From Macrostomum lignano (lineage: Eukaryota), in assembly GCA_002269645.1 (NCBI GenBank), contig NIVC01003262.1, positions 44,601 through 108,600 on the forward strand: a stretch of DNA of 64,000 nucleotides, in the 5' to 3' direction. Positions 24,601 through 36,300 of the stretch are shown one piece after another. The position numbers and the translations under genes were made by a program. Every line of letters begins with the position of its first letter. Positions within the stretch are counted from its first letter, which is position 1. The notes under the pieces are model-generated. The model worked only from the letters and a program-made list of their open reading frames with translations. It was not told the origin of the DNA and made no database searches.

Positions 24601-26633
24601 CACCAGAATCACACGTTGCCTTGAATGACAAACTTAGGGCTCCAATTACGTCGGAAGAATCTAGCAGCTTGACACATTTACTTAATTTCTCCGCACTGGT
24701 GGAGCGCATGCCGGGTGGACGAGGTGCGGGACGCGGTCGGTCGCTCACCACAGAGACGCGCAACGCTTTAATCCAGACAACAAGAGGTCTGGTGGGCCTC
24801 AGCAGACACCTTCTAACCAACCATCGATTTTCTTACGTTCTTCTTGGTGAGTTCTTTGCATTATTTACATGCAGCAATCAGTTTTTGAATAATTGTTGCT
24901 AGGGAATGAATTTAATGAATTGTGGGGATGCAGGTCACGGCTATCTAATGGGTCACGAAATTGTCTTTAAGGTGTACTGCAATCAGACAGATTGGAGGCC
25001 GAGTTCGCTCTCTACCGCCAGGGCCACGGCGGGTGTTACTACATAACAGTCGAGCAAGTTATGGCCAGTGCTCGGCTGCACCGAATGAAATTGTACGGAG
25101 CGCTTCAGAACAGCTTTGAGGCTCATGAGCCGGCGACATGCTGTTCCGATGGGATGAAGGACTCTGATCTAGAGGTGTTTGATCAGCTTCAAGACAAGAT
25201 CAGCCACAATACAGATGAGGAGAATGCTTCTTTGTACTATATTTCCGGTTACGTTGCTGCTAAAGAGCATCTTCCAGAAGTTTTTGAAGCATTTGCAACT
25301 GAGTTTCCTGGCGGTAGCGAATTTACATCGCTGCTATCTCGTGGCAAGCTCCGGCACCCGCCAGAGTGGCTTTTAGTTTTCTCCAGCCTGTGCTATGCTT
25401 TTTTCTCCTCTGTCAAGATCCACTGCGTCAACTATTGTGTCCGATCTTTTATTAACGTTTTTGAAGCTTTCATGGATGTAACTGTTTCAGATCCAGCTCA
25501 GGTTAGCCGCATTTCCAGGAGGTTAGCTAACACATTTTTTAAAGGACTCGTGCGTCGTGATTCGGACCATGTACGAGAGACGCCCGGCAGTGGACGGCGT
25601 CTGCGAAAGTTAGCATCAAGTTAGTTATGAGCTGTTTGTACGCTTTTTGAGAAATCCGTGACATTCTATCAACACACCGAGTTCGTATAAAACTTGAACA
25701 CCCATTGTACACTTAGACACCTCTAATTTAAACAAACGAAGTGGACACTGGAAAATATCGAAATATCCAACCAAAAATGCAATAAGCCAAAATCGGAGGC
25801 AACATAGCTCGTAGAATTGAAGCGAACATTGTTAATTGATTGAGCATGTAATTTGACCCATAGTCCATGGTTGTCCATGTTTTATACAGACCCAATTCAC
25901 ATTCACGTCATTGAATATGCTTATGCTTTCATAAGTTGGTTTATGCATCTGTTGCTGCTTTCATACGTTGGTTTAAACATTTGTTGCTGCTTTCATAAGT
26001 TGGTTTCTGCATTTTACTGCTGTTGCCTACCCAATAGTTGCCACAGTTTCTATACACTATACACTATACACAGTCTTATATTTGCAGCCTTACATACATA
26101 TTTGCCTTACTGTAGCTATCAATTGAGATTAAAGTACAATGAGCTGCTGTGCAACAAGCAACCAGTTCAGTTCAACATTTTTTGTTTCCAGTCCAACAAC
26201 GATACATCGATTGTTATCAGCACTGGCATTGTGCCAGTTTCTCTGCTTTTGCTCTTTGTTATTTTATTGTTGAAAAGATCAGGGATGGCTTTTGAAAAGT
26301 ACAGACTGACGGGCTTCGTTCTTTGTTAATCTCATCTCATTTTAATTGGATTACATTAGCTCAATTGTCGGAATTATCCTTTAAATATCCTAGCTTTATT
26401 GTTCTATAATAAAGAAGGGGGTAACAGTACCTTGCTGTACATTTCTCGCGAATACATGTAGTTGCAGCCGAAACTGTTCACTCATCTAAAAGAGGAATAA
26501 ATTCTGAGCAACCCCGTGAAAAAACTAGACCTCTACATGCAACCATTTAAAAATAACAGCATTTTGAAAAATGGCCTTCAAAAAAATCTACACCATTCGG
26601 GAGTGCAGCGTCCTTCTACTTAAGTAGTCCTTG
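21618..26633 (+). mobile_element. Complete P-superfamily DNA transposon (5,016 bp)
   Basis: The TIR CAAGGACTACTTAAG..TAGAAGGACGCTGCACTC is present at both ends. The 8-bp TSD CCCCATCC is perfect at 21610-21617 and 26634-26641. The element contains a spliced THAP transposase gene. Confidence 0.95.
22690..25624 (+). CDS. P-element/THAP9-like transposase, 4 exons, 862 aa, intact
   Basis: join(22690..22821,22918..23062,23188..24846,24972..25624) = 2589 nt. All introns are GT-AG with consistent phases (0,1,1) and there is no internal stop. THAP motifs: CCLPKC..YSFP..W..ICQKHW..PPSVF. Catalytic motifs: IFDE, ICDN, SDRLEAEF. Also DTVHLFKNIRNNW and a C-terminal LYYISGY. Confidence 0.92.
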
Positions 26634-26879
26634 CCCCATCCTATTCTTGTCAGTCTGACCTCTCCCTTCGAGAGTGAGCTTTGGACTAAAATGGCACCCC
26701 GGCCGACCCGCGCGCGCCAGTCTATTTTTAGAAATGGGCCCTGTGTCTCACCAAGCGCCCTTGGTCAATACTATAGTTCTTTAATATTTTAGGTCACTAG
26801 AAAATCAAAAAAAAATTTCAAAATTACTTCATTCACAGAAATCCCTCGCTGAAAGGAACACTTAGCACTGGCCTATTTG

Positions 26880-27940
26880 TCACGGCGGCAAAGATGGAGA
26901 GGCTGCATAATGACCACTCAGCCTTCTGCAAATTCCGGTACGCGGTTGAAACGCACCTGTCTGGAGCAACTGGCAGGAATCACCAGTATGCCGTTGATGC
27001 GCAGGAGAATGAGAAGAAGCGAAACACTCAGAATCAGACGGTCGTTCGAAATATTATTCGGACCGCAGCTCTACTCATCGAGACGGCGACAGCGGGCATG
27101 TCTGGAGCAACTGGCAGGAATCACCAGTATGCCGTTGATGCGCAGGAGAATGAGAAGAAGCGAAACACTTAAAATCAGACGGTCGTTCGAAATATTATTC
27201 GGACCGCAGCTCTACTCATCGAGACGGCGACTGCGGGCATGCATTAAGAGCTGTTTATCAGTCATTTTGAAGCGTGTGGAGCCGAAGTTGGAAACATTGG
27301 ACATGGATTGTGAGGGTTTTGCTATTTCCACTAACTTTACTTATAACCGTTACTTATAACAGATAGAATGTCAGCATGACTGCAACTGTGATATCACGAA
27401 ATTTGCCTATTAACTGGCTTTGCATTAATTCACCCCGTTTCAATATATAGCCAAATCTGCACTGAAATGTGGCGCCTGCTCGAGGTCTGCGTCGACAGGA
27501 GCACCAGCCAGTTTCTGCGTGCTCCCCTGCCATCAACGGGTCTCCCGCCGCTCATCTGTCTGACCTGCGACAAGATCACGCCGTCGCGCACTAAAAATCA
27601 AGCAGTGATGGTGCTAGCCAGGTAAAATATCGCATTGCTGGGGACATGATTACTCCTAGCAGTCCCTACTCCCTTTCAGAAGAGTGATTCAAAAGCAAAA
27701 CTCCTACAATTCACAGGGACCAAACTGGAGAAGCTTTGGCTATCCCGGCTGGCGCACCTCCGATCTACGATAGCAGTATGGACGCAGGAGGCGAAGCCCT
27801 AGCCAAATTGCTGCTGGAGATGGTGCGAGTTTTCGATCCTCCACTGCGCAGTATCGTCGGCGTCGTTGCTGATGGTCAGTACATCCACAATGCTGGCTCC
27901 GCTGGCCCCAAATCCAGACAGTGTGGACTCTGCAGTCTAT
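26880..27940 (+). pseudogene. hAT-like transposase fragments with a 141-bp tandem duplication
   Basis: Identical-start units lie at 26958 and 27099. Peptides NHQYAV..VVRNIIRTA..SHFE..GNIGH and GEALAKLL..IVGVVADGQY resemble ZNF862/ZMYM-type hAT transposases. Confidence 0.45.
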
Positions 27941-28037
27941 GAGAAGATGAGAGCTAGCATTAAAAAAGGAAGTGGTTTCAAATTTGACTAAAGGGTACTT
28001 TCCGAGGGTACAAGACTTGTAAGAGTATAAGAATAGT

Positions 28038-28117
28038 CCCAAAATGACACATCCAAGTCCCAAAATGACACATCCAAGTCCTGAAATGACACATCTACGA
28101 CCCAAAATGACACATCT
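28038..28117. repeat. 21-bp tandem repeat (CCCAAAATGACACATCCAAGT, about 4 copies) just upstream of the viral ATPase
   Basis: Direct reading of the sequence. Confidence 0.9.
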
Positions 28118-28160
28118 TCTAAATGATTTATTATTTAAATTTTTTTTCATCCTAGAAAAA

Positions 28161-28959
28161 ATGGACTTTTCAAACGACTTCAATCCTCACTGGACGCGTA
28201 ATCAGATTAAGTTTTCTCATCACGAGTCAATCCCGAGTCACTTCAGATGCATTGTTGTTGGTTCATCAGGTTCAGGTAAAACATTCAGTCTTTAACATGC
28301 TTCTTAGACCTGGCTTTATCGACTATGACACTCTGCACATCTACTCTCCCACACTGTATCAAGATGAGTATAAGATGCTGATTTCTGGATTGCAAAACAA
28401 ACTGAACAAAGAGGACATTATTCAACGTTTTAATAACCAACAAAGCCTTCCCAGTAACCCAGAAATTGTTGCTGCCGAATATGCAAAGCACCTCAAAGAA
28501 GATGAAAAATGGCAGAACATTAAAGTGTTCACCTATGGAGATCCACAGGCTGATCCAAAGACCAAACTTCTACCCCAACCAGATGAGCTAGAAAAGGGGA
28601 GAAAACATTTGATCGTATTTGATGATTGTATGACAGGCCCACAGAAGCAGATAGAAAATTATTTTACAAGAGGACGACATAACAATTGTAATGTAATTTA
28701 CATTGCACAGAACTGGTTCGAGCTCCCGAACAAAACAATTCGTGGGAACTGCAATCTGAATCTCCTATTTCCAACCATTCCACAGGACAGGCTAAAAAGG
28801 TTTTACAATGAGGTCATTGCGCCTGCCTATTTTATAAATCCAACAAAAAACTCAAACAGAAAGATTTCACAAGAGGAATTTGTTAACCTCTGCTGCGAAA
28901 AGTGGAACCAACCCTATCAGTTTGTCATGATTAACAAGGAAAAAAGAACTGTAATTTAA
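28161..28959 (+). pseudogene. A32/FtsK-like DNA packaging ATPase, frameshifted at about 28285
   Basis: ATG at 28161 leads to CIVVGSSGSGKT (Walker A). The +1 frame continues VFNMLL..LIVFDD (Walker B)..FTRGRHNNCNVIYIAQNWF, the A32-family signature. Confidence 0.88.
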
Positions 28960-28975
28960 AATTTGCTATTAAAAG

Positions 28976-29680
28976 ATGTCTATTAATTTTGCAGGTGAAT
29001 CCATTTCTGGCAACAACGCTCTTACATCAGCTCAAATATCCATCCTTGACAGGCGATATATCAACAGCGACGAAGAGATCCCAGAGATCAAACTGAATAA
29101 AAACAGACTGAAACAATTAGAGCGCTCCATGCACCAGTTGCAAATAAACATGGAAGATCTCAGGCTTAAAGTAGCTAGGCAGAAGTTTGAAAGTGATAAG
29201 CTTTATGCGCAGTTTGATCACAGCACTAATGAACTAAGGTAAGAAATAACTTCGGTAGTCTCGCAAATCAATGGGTTAACATCGACAATTAATCTTCTGA
29301 GAAATTCCACTGATAGGCGGATGCGTATTCTTGAAGGAGTTTTCACAAACACAGTTAAAGTGAGGAATTTAGAAGAGTTCATGACTCAGTCAACAGCGTT
29401 GCATGATAGAATTAAAGAAAGACTTGAAGCATTAGAGAGAAACGATGTATCACACAGTAGCTATCTAAACGGAATGTATAGCTCTTGGGGTAAAATAATA
29501 GGGAGGCTTAATCGCCTGGAGAGAGTACTCAATCTTCGTGATATTGCTATTGATGAAGCAGAATCTACTGCTCGTCCGGTCATTACTGCAGATGAAATTA
29601 TCAAAAAGAAAACAGATCTTTTACAAAACAATAGATCTTTCAACCGGGTAGTTTTTAATTTTTTATTTTTTCTAGAGAAA
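28976..29680 (+). pseudogene. Coiled-coil viral ORF with a premature TAA at 29240-29242
   Basis: ORFs 28976-29242 and 29321 onward share one frame with an open linker between them. The sequence is rich in heptad-like repeats. Confidence 0.5.
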
Positions 29681-29683
29681 AAA

Positions 29684-30419
29684 ATGGCCCAACAAAATTC
29701 TCTATACGATCAGTCTCAATACGCTGAAGCTAAAATACCGACAGCACCAAACCCAATGGCACCGAATTCGAACACACAAAGCCTGGCACCGAATCTGAAT
29801 GCACCTCAATATGAGCAAAAAAACTTTACCCCGTCATTTCTTGTAACTCTCAACAATTTCGATTGGTGGAGATTCAAAAAATGCGGGATGACATTGAAAA
29901 AAATATTTTCCACAACACAAAGAAAATTAAGCGCTATGACAGCCACTGTAATTTTTCGACTACAGCAATATGATTCTAGGATCTGTGTCTGTTCTATCTG
30001 GATCTGCTGCTGCAGCCTCAGTGTTGCCAGTCATCACAGCCCCAATCGCAATCCCGCTCGGCTCTGTGGGTGCTGCATGTGGATTTATTTCAGCAATTAC
30101 TGGAGCATTAGCGCGAAACAGGCGAAAAAAACTAAAACAGCTACAGGAAAAGCAAGTAAAAGAGAAAGGGGTGCACACATCAATCATAGGGTACATTTCA
30201 AGGGCAATCGAGGATAAGTTCATTTCAGAGGATGAGTTCAAAACCATTCAGGATCTTTATGAACAATCAATTCGAATGAACTTGAACATGGTCGGTACTG
30301 ATGACATGAGTCAGCTGAGAAATGAACTCGAGAACGCTCTTCAACATTATGCGGAAAGAAATTCGACAAGAAAGTCGGCAAGAAATTTAGCAAGAAGGAC
30401 GACGAGAAATGCACAATGA
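29684..30419 (+). pseudogene. Hydrophobic Maverick/adintovirus-type protein, frameshifted
   Basis: MAQQNSLY, then in a shifted frame FRLVEIQKMRDDIEK..KKIKRY, a hydrophobic hairpin (SVLSGSAAAASVLPVITAPIAIPLGSVGAACGFISAITG) and DKFISEDEFKTI. Family assignment is by recognition only. Confidence 0.5.
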
Positions 30420-30423
30420 ACCC

Positions 30424-30760
30424 TTATGAAACACAGCCAAGAATAATTTCCTTGTAGGTCTTTCGTGTTTTGGTCATTGCATACAAAACAGTCATGCACA
30501 GCTCACCGCAAATATCACTGCTAAGACCTTGGAGAATAAAGTCTGAGCGATAATTTTTTATTATTTTTTCCCTTCATATAATTTCTTAGCTCTTCTGGTA
30601 CTGCCGTCCCATAGCTATCGAAGTAATAACACTTGTGCTTGCGATCGGGATCAATTACCCAGCAAACCCAATGAGATCCTGGCTTATCGGTGGTGTCAAA
30701 GTTCATGATACCGCATTCTTTTCTTAGAGGAAAATCAGGCAGTGTCCCTTCCGGCAAGAC
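30424..30760 (-). pseudogene. Adenain-like cysteine protease (Polinton PRO), one frameshift
   Basis: ECGIMNFDTTDKPGSHWVCW..YYFDSYG. After a shift at about 30555 the frame reads LQGLSSDICGELC to TAA at 30424-30426. Catalytic His, Asp, Gln and Cys are all recognisable. Confidence 0.88.
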
Positions 30761-31021
30761 AGCTTCTGTTTCTGAAGTGTTCAAGGACAGTATCTCAACG
30801 GTAGGAATTAGAGCTATTTTATATTTTCCCTTTTCTTTCTTGCTGCATTGAGTTTATGGTGATAGTTGCATTACCAATGAAAATTTGGCTCAGCATGTTA
30901 TATATTTAATCTATCCAGCTCTAAACTTTGCACTACCATTGTCTTTTTAGTAACTGATCTGTTTCAGCTGCATGTAAATTATTAGTACTGCAAAACACAC
31001 ATCAATTCAATTTCATAGCAA

Positions 31022-31490
31022 GGCATATTTTTTACAGGAAGCACAGAACTGGCATAAAATTGCAGGTGGCATATTTTTACAGGAAGCACAGAACTGGCAT
31101 AAAATTGCAGGTGGCATATTTTTACAGGAAGCACAGAACTGGCATAAAATTGCAGGTGGCATATTTTTACAGGAAGCACAGAACTGGCATAAAATTGCAG
31201 GTGGCATATTTTTACAGGAAGCACAGAACTGGCATAAAATTGCAGGTGGCATATTTTTACAGGAAGCACAGAACTGGCATAAAATTGCAGGTGGCATATT
31301 TTTACAGGAAGCACAGAACTGGCATAAAATTGCAGGTGGCATATTTTTACAGGAAGCACAGAACTGGCATAAAATTGCAGGTGGCATATTTTTACAGGAA
31401 GCACAGAACTGGCATAAAATTGCAGTTGGCATATTTTTACAGGAAGCACAGAACTGGCATAAAATTGCAGGTGGCATATTTTTACAGGAT
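31022..31490. repeat. 45-bp minisatellite, about 10.5 near-identical copies
   Basis: Unit GGCATATTTTTACAGGAAGCACAGAACTGGCATAAAATTGCAGGT. Confidence 0.97.
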
Positions 31491-31811
31491 GCATTTTGTC
31501 ACATCTTTTCAAATGAATCGTTTGTACTTTTAACACGTTAGTGCAAAATATATGGTGCCAATCTTCATTTAAAATATATAGTGGTCTCTACTCTATCGTT
31601 CATTCACAGGCTGTTTCTGGCGAAGATCTGATTAATGCTCCAAACAAGTTCGCTGCAACTGGTGAGCCGCCAGGACCCGGCCAGTCTGGTTCTGCGTGCG
31701 CAGCTGCTGGTGAGCTGGAGTCAGACGCTGCTGTGTCATCAATTAGTAATGGTTGCGGCTTGGTCCACTCTGCAGTCAGCGATTTCCAGTTGAATCCGGG
31801 TTTTTCCAAAA

Positions 31812-32354
31812 TTGTGTTGGAGGGAGATTGTCGATGACGTTGCACAACTTTACGACTCTACTCAGGGTTCAAATCAACATGACTGGCTTAATGAGTATTA
31901 TGAAGGAGTCATAGGTGTTGCTTTTATTGCTTCGTATTCTGTTGCGGCTGCTGCAACTTCTCTGGCTTCATCGTCTGTTGTGGCTTCTTCCACTGCTCAG
32001 GCTTCTTCATCTGGTGCTGCTTCGAGTAGTGTCGATATCGTTGGAGAGGAAGTCGAGCAAAAGGGCGTCGCGAACCCAAGCAAGAAAGAAGTGGGGAAGA
32101 AATATGTGTGCCCATTTCCAAAGAAGGGCGAGACAGAGCCGCAGCATGGCATTGTTGGCTCTCGGCTAAGTCAACACATCCGTGAGTCACACCGAGACCT
32201 TCTAAATGGCAACTCAATTGACTCACTTGTCCAGAAAATCAAGCTGCATACGCAAAGTATGTTTCCACCTGACGAGTGCCCGACCAAGGTTCCGGGTCCA
32301 GAGTGTGGCCTTCTGTACCTAAAACGCCTTCCCTGCCTTCCCAGCCACCCCTGA
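31812..32354 (+). CDS. ORF with a Ser/Ala linker and Cys/His zinc-finger-like segments
   Basis: YVCPFP..LSQHIRESH and ECPTKVPGPECG. It precedes the recombinase-like frame on the same strand. Confidence 0.4.
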   Translation: MCWREIVDDVAQLYDSTQGSNQHDWLNEYYEGVIGVAFIASYSVAAAATSLASSSVVASSTAQASSSGAASSSVDIVGEEVEQKGVANPSKKEVGKKYVCPFPKKGETEPQHGIVGSRLSQHIRESHRDLLNGNSIDSLVQKIKLHTQSMFPPDECPTKVPGPECGLLYLKRLPCLPSHP

Positions 32355-32559
32355 GCCCGGCGGGGATCTGCTGATCAGGACGCCTTGTTCATTAATCTGC
32401 AAATCTGCACGCTGTGCTGAGTTCGTTGACTTCTTTATTTCGTTCCGACGGGAAGCTCACCTCACCGAAGGCTGAGACCTGAAGGAACTGGTGGCAGCAC
32501 TACCTACGCTACTGCGCGCTGAAAGGACTTCCCACTGAAGAGGCTCGAGGTTTAAGGTA

Positions 32560-33385
32560 ATCCGCAAGGGCCTAATCCGGGAAGCAAACAGCGTGTACTT
32601 CAGAAGCAAGGAGGTGGCTTGAAAACCAGGAGGATGAGTTTAAGGTGCACAAGCACAAGACTGCCAATATCTATGGTGCAGTGCGGATTGGCGTGGACAG
32701 CTACCACCAACTTCTGGCTAAATGTTGCCAAAAGAGAGTCGATGAAAGTAAAGCCGACTCCGAACCTCTGTTTCAAATCGAGTGTGGATGGACAACTCTC
32801 TGGATGCGACAACGAGCCAGCAACATCAAGATCCAACGTGTGACGAACACAGCCTATCGAAAGTATATTGAAACCTGGAGCAAATTGCTGCTGGACCCTG
32901 AGGCGCAAAAGGCAGTTTCGAAGCGATTGGTACACCGTGAAAATGTTGCCAGGCAATCGTACCAGGCAATAGTGGCTCATGAAACGATGGCTGCAAAAAT
33001 GTCAATCCGTGGAATGCTAACAACAATTGCCGATCCCAATCGAGCAAAGGATTTAGTGGAACTCGAATCCAAGCAACCTGTAGAGAAAAACTTCACTCGG
33101 CCTGGCAAGCGGCCATTGTTGCCACCTATGATATTTGAAAGTGCAGATGAGTCGCGGAATGATCAGCCTGGACCATCAACCAAAATCAAGAAGTCAGCCA
33201 ATGTGACCAAGCAGTCTACAGTTAAGTTGCCGCCGCAGAAGACGCCGATCAAGTCGAAAGGCAGAGCCAAGCAGTCAGCCAATGTGATCAAACAGTATAG
33301 TCAAGCAGCTGTCCAGCAAAGATCGACTGAAGTGAATGATGCTGGACAAAAAAGGAGGCGCAAAGATACAGTTCTTCAGGCCTGA
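32560..33385 (+). pseudogene. Tyrosine-recombinase (Crypton/phage-integrase-like) domain with a basic low-complexity tail
   Basis: The order R-x-G (about 32565, one frameshift upstream), FKVHKHKTANIYG, EPLF, VTNTAYRKY, LVHRENVARQSYQ matches the R-K-HxxR-H-Y layout, with the HxxR His substituted. Confidence 0.6.
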
Positions 33386-36300
33386 AGTGTGAAGATGACA
33401 TGACTTATAAGTACATTCATTTTCTTTTGTTAAACTTGCAATTCGTGCTGAAAAGGAGTACACCTTGAGCATTTAGGATTTTTAGAGATAGGTGATTAAA
33501 TAGAAGCTGCTAATATTGGATTTATTTGACCATAGATAAAATGCTACTGTCAGTCACACCAAAGACAAGTCACCAAAGACAGTCAACATGAAAAGTGATA
33601 TTCAAGCTTTAAAATGAATACAAATAGAATTACTACTTGATTTTCGGCCTTAGAACAAGAGTTTTCAACAAAATTAATATAAAATTAAAGTGAATAGCTA
33701 AGGAAATGGCATGGCTGAAAATATTTCTTTTGTCTGAGTTTGTTGCAAGCCAAAATTCGCATTTTATTTTACCAGGCAAAATTCTTTATGCTGCTTCATA
33801 GAAACTATAATTGACAGACTAAATGTTTGCTGCATTCTTCTTTTAATAGTCTGATCTTTATTCAGCCTTATTTTCATTGCAATATGCTTTTCTATGGTTG
33901 CCAAGCTGATGCAGTCTTGCTCATTTTTTATTAAGGACTTTGTTCCTGTGACGGTTTGCAATTTGCATTCATTTTTAGTTTTGTCCAGTTTCTTGGCATT
34001 TTACATACAAATAGTACTACTGTTCTTCAAATTAAACAACTACAACTATATGACAACAACTATATGACAATGTAATCCTGTACCTAGCTTTTTATTCTGC
34101 GTTTTTAGTCTTACTATTCTCTGTATATATTGTGCTTCTAGTATTTGAACATCTTTTTAGGAAATCGATTTTATGGATTCCTTAATGTGCTCTCTGATTT
34201 GCAGTCATTTTGCAAGACTGATTCTTCATAACTGTATGTTTTATAGCCCATGATCCATCAGCTAAGTTTGAACCAGAAAAAATATTGTTGCAATGTACTT
34301 TTATCACCCATATTTGAACCAACTGTCTGTTCAAGGTATACAAATGATTGTCTAAGTAAAAGGCCATTAACATTTATATTTACCCTGTCCATGTGTATCT
34401 AAGTTTTATTGCTAATATAATTTCTGTTGCGGACAATATATATTCATATGATATACTTAGTAATAGACTTCATCATAAAGGCTTTCGATTGTTTTAAAGG
34501 CCATGATGTAGACTCAAATTCTGATTAATTACAGATCTGCATATTTTTACAGTTGGCAGCAATCATTTAAAAAGAAATGACTAAATAACTTGTAGATGTG
34601 CATATTATTACAGGGTTAATAATATTACATGCTTTTAATCTGCTATAAGCAAAGAGTACAATTTAGCTAAACCTACAGGTATCTCACTGTACTTGTAAGT
34701 TGTTTCTAATCATCTTACCAGCAAGATTAACCTTAGTTGAACAGTTTTGTGAATTGAAATTGCAGGCACTTCTAATTTTAATTTATCAAAAGATGTGACT
34801 AACATTTTCAGCTTTTATAGAAAACACATGCACTCTTTTTCCCTTGCTACATTGTTTCAGAATGTAGGAATTCTATGTAGTAGCTACTAGCAAGCAGAAA
34901 AATAGCTGAAGTACTTGAAATGACTGCTTTTAAAATAGAGCTTGCCTAGCTTCTTCATTTAAGTGTATCACTCAGTTAAACCTGCCTTGCTAACAACAAT
35001 GAATTTCAAAGAACCAATGTGTCTTAACTATGGTGGTATTGTAGGCTAAATTTCTCTACTAAATTGGTAACAGTTTTGTTTCTGCTGAAAAGTTCGCGTT
35101 TCATTCAGAAAATAAAATTTGCAATCTGGAATTTTTTGCTCTGTAATTTTATGTATTCCTGTAACCAAAAAGGCCCCTGCTTGACTCCAAGATTGTACAG
35201 TCTAGAATTTCCTGGAACTTTCTACGGCTAGCTGTATTTAAGCAAACCCAGAAACACTCAGGCTGGTTCTCCCCACATATGCCATCAACTGCTACTGATA
35301 AACGACGACTGCAGAATCTTAAGTCAAAACTACGGACTGCACAAAATCTGACAACCGTGCTGCACGCTGATAGCGACCTCGCAACCTGTCCGCTAGAGGT
35401 TATATATGATAAGTGGAGTGAAAGTTCACTTCAGAGAAATACGGATTTTTTTTAAATCAGTGCAGGTAAGACTCGAAATTTGTGTTTTCTGTGTATTTCT
35501 GGGTACTTTTTATCATTAATCATGGCATTGTTTCATTTCTTACTATTTGAAGGTGGTTAAATACCTAAAGGAAAAGATTCAAATTAAAGAGAATGAGCGG
35601 CGAGAGGGAAAACATCCCGCGTGGATTCGAATGCCCAGTGTGCTACAACTGGCTTTCGCCTTCTAAGAAGCTGGACTGCCCGCATTCGTTCTGACTGAGA
35701 TGTGTCCAAACTTTGTACAATTCGGCAGAAAATAAAATAACATGCCCCGAATGTCGTGAGATAACATCCAAGACGGTCGATCAACTGCAACCAAATGTGG
35801 CATTGGAGAGAGCGATTGAAAGTCATCGAACAAATTAGTTTATTAAATTAGTTTCGATTTAAGATTCTGCAGTCGTCGTTTATTAGTAAACTAGTTTTTT
35901 AAATAGGGAAAAGAAAAAGCAACAGAAAATATAAACGAGTTTTTGTTTCTTTTCTTTGCTTAAAGTGAAATTACCATTAATGATTCTAGCTTGCTTGCAG
36001 AGTGAAAATCTTACTCAGCTAGCATGACTAAGCAAATTTCACTCTGAACTGAACTGCATAGTACCAGGTCTTATACTCCTTAGACCCCACACACGCAAAA
36101 AATCACAATTGCGTTATAACTTCAGCAAAGTTATAATAGCTGTCAAAATCATTAATGACTACTCCATGTTTTTCAAACCAGTGTCTTTGGAGAGCTAGAT
36201 TAATATTAGGGACATTGATATCAACGTCGGGCCAATATTTTCTCATGTACTCGCTGCATTCAAGATTGCATTGGTACTTGGATTTGTACAATGGATTAGG

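Larger units (their letters stand above)
28161..30790. mobile_element. Polinton/Maverick (adintovirus-like) endogenous gene cluster, decayed
   Basis: A compact, intron-less, AT-rich run of ATPase, coiled-coil ORF, hydrophobic ORF (all +) and a convergent adenain-like protease (-). No polB, capsid, integrase or TIR was seen. Confidence 0.8.

Noticed and set aside
29321-30217. 298-aa ORF as a single gene
   Set aside because: It fuses the end of the coiled-coil gene with the start of the next gene (ATG 29684 has its own upstream motif) and then runs out of frame.
30982-31536. Three long Cys- or Arg-rich ORFs, and a possible CRISPR-like array
   Set aside because: They are translations of a 45-bp tandem repeat with no unique spacers, in eukaryotic DNA.
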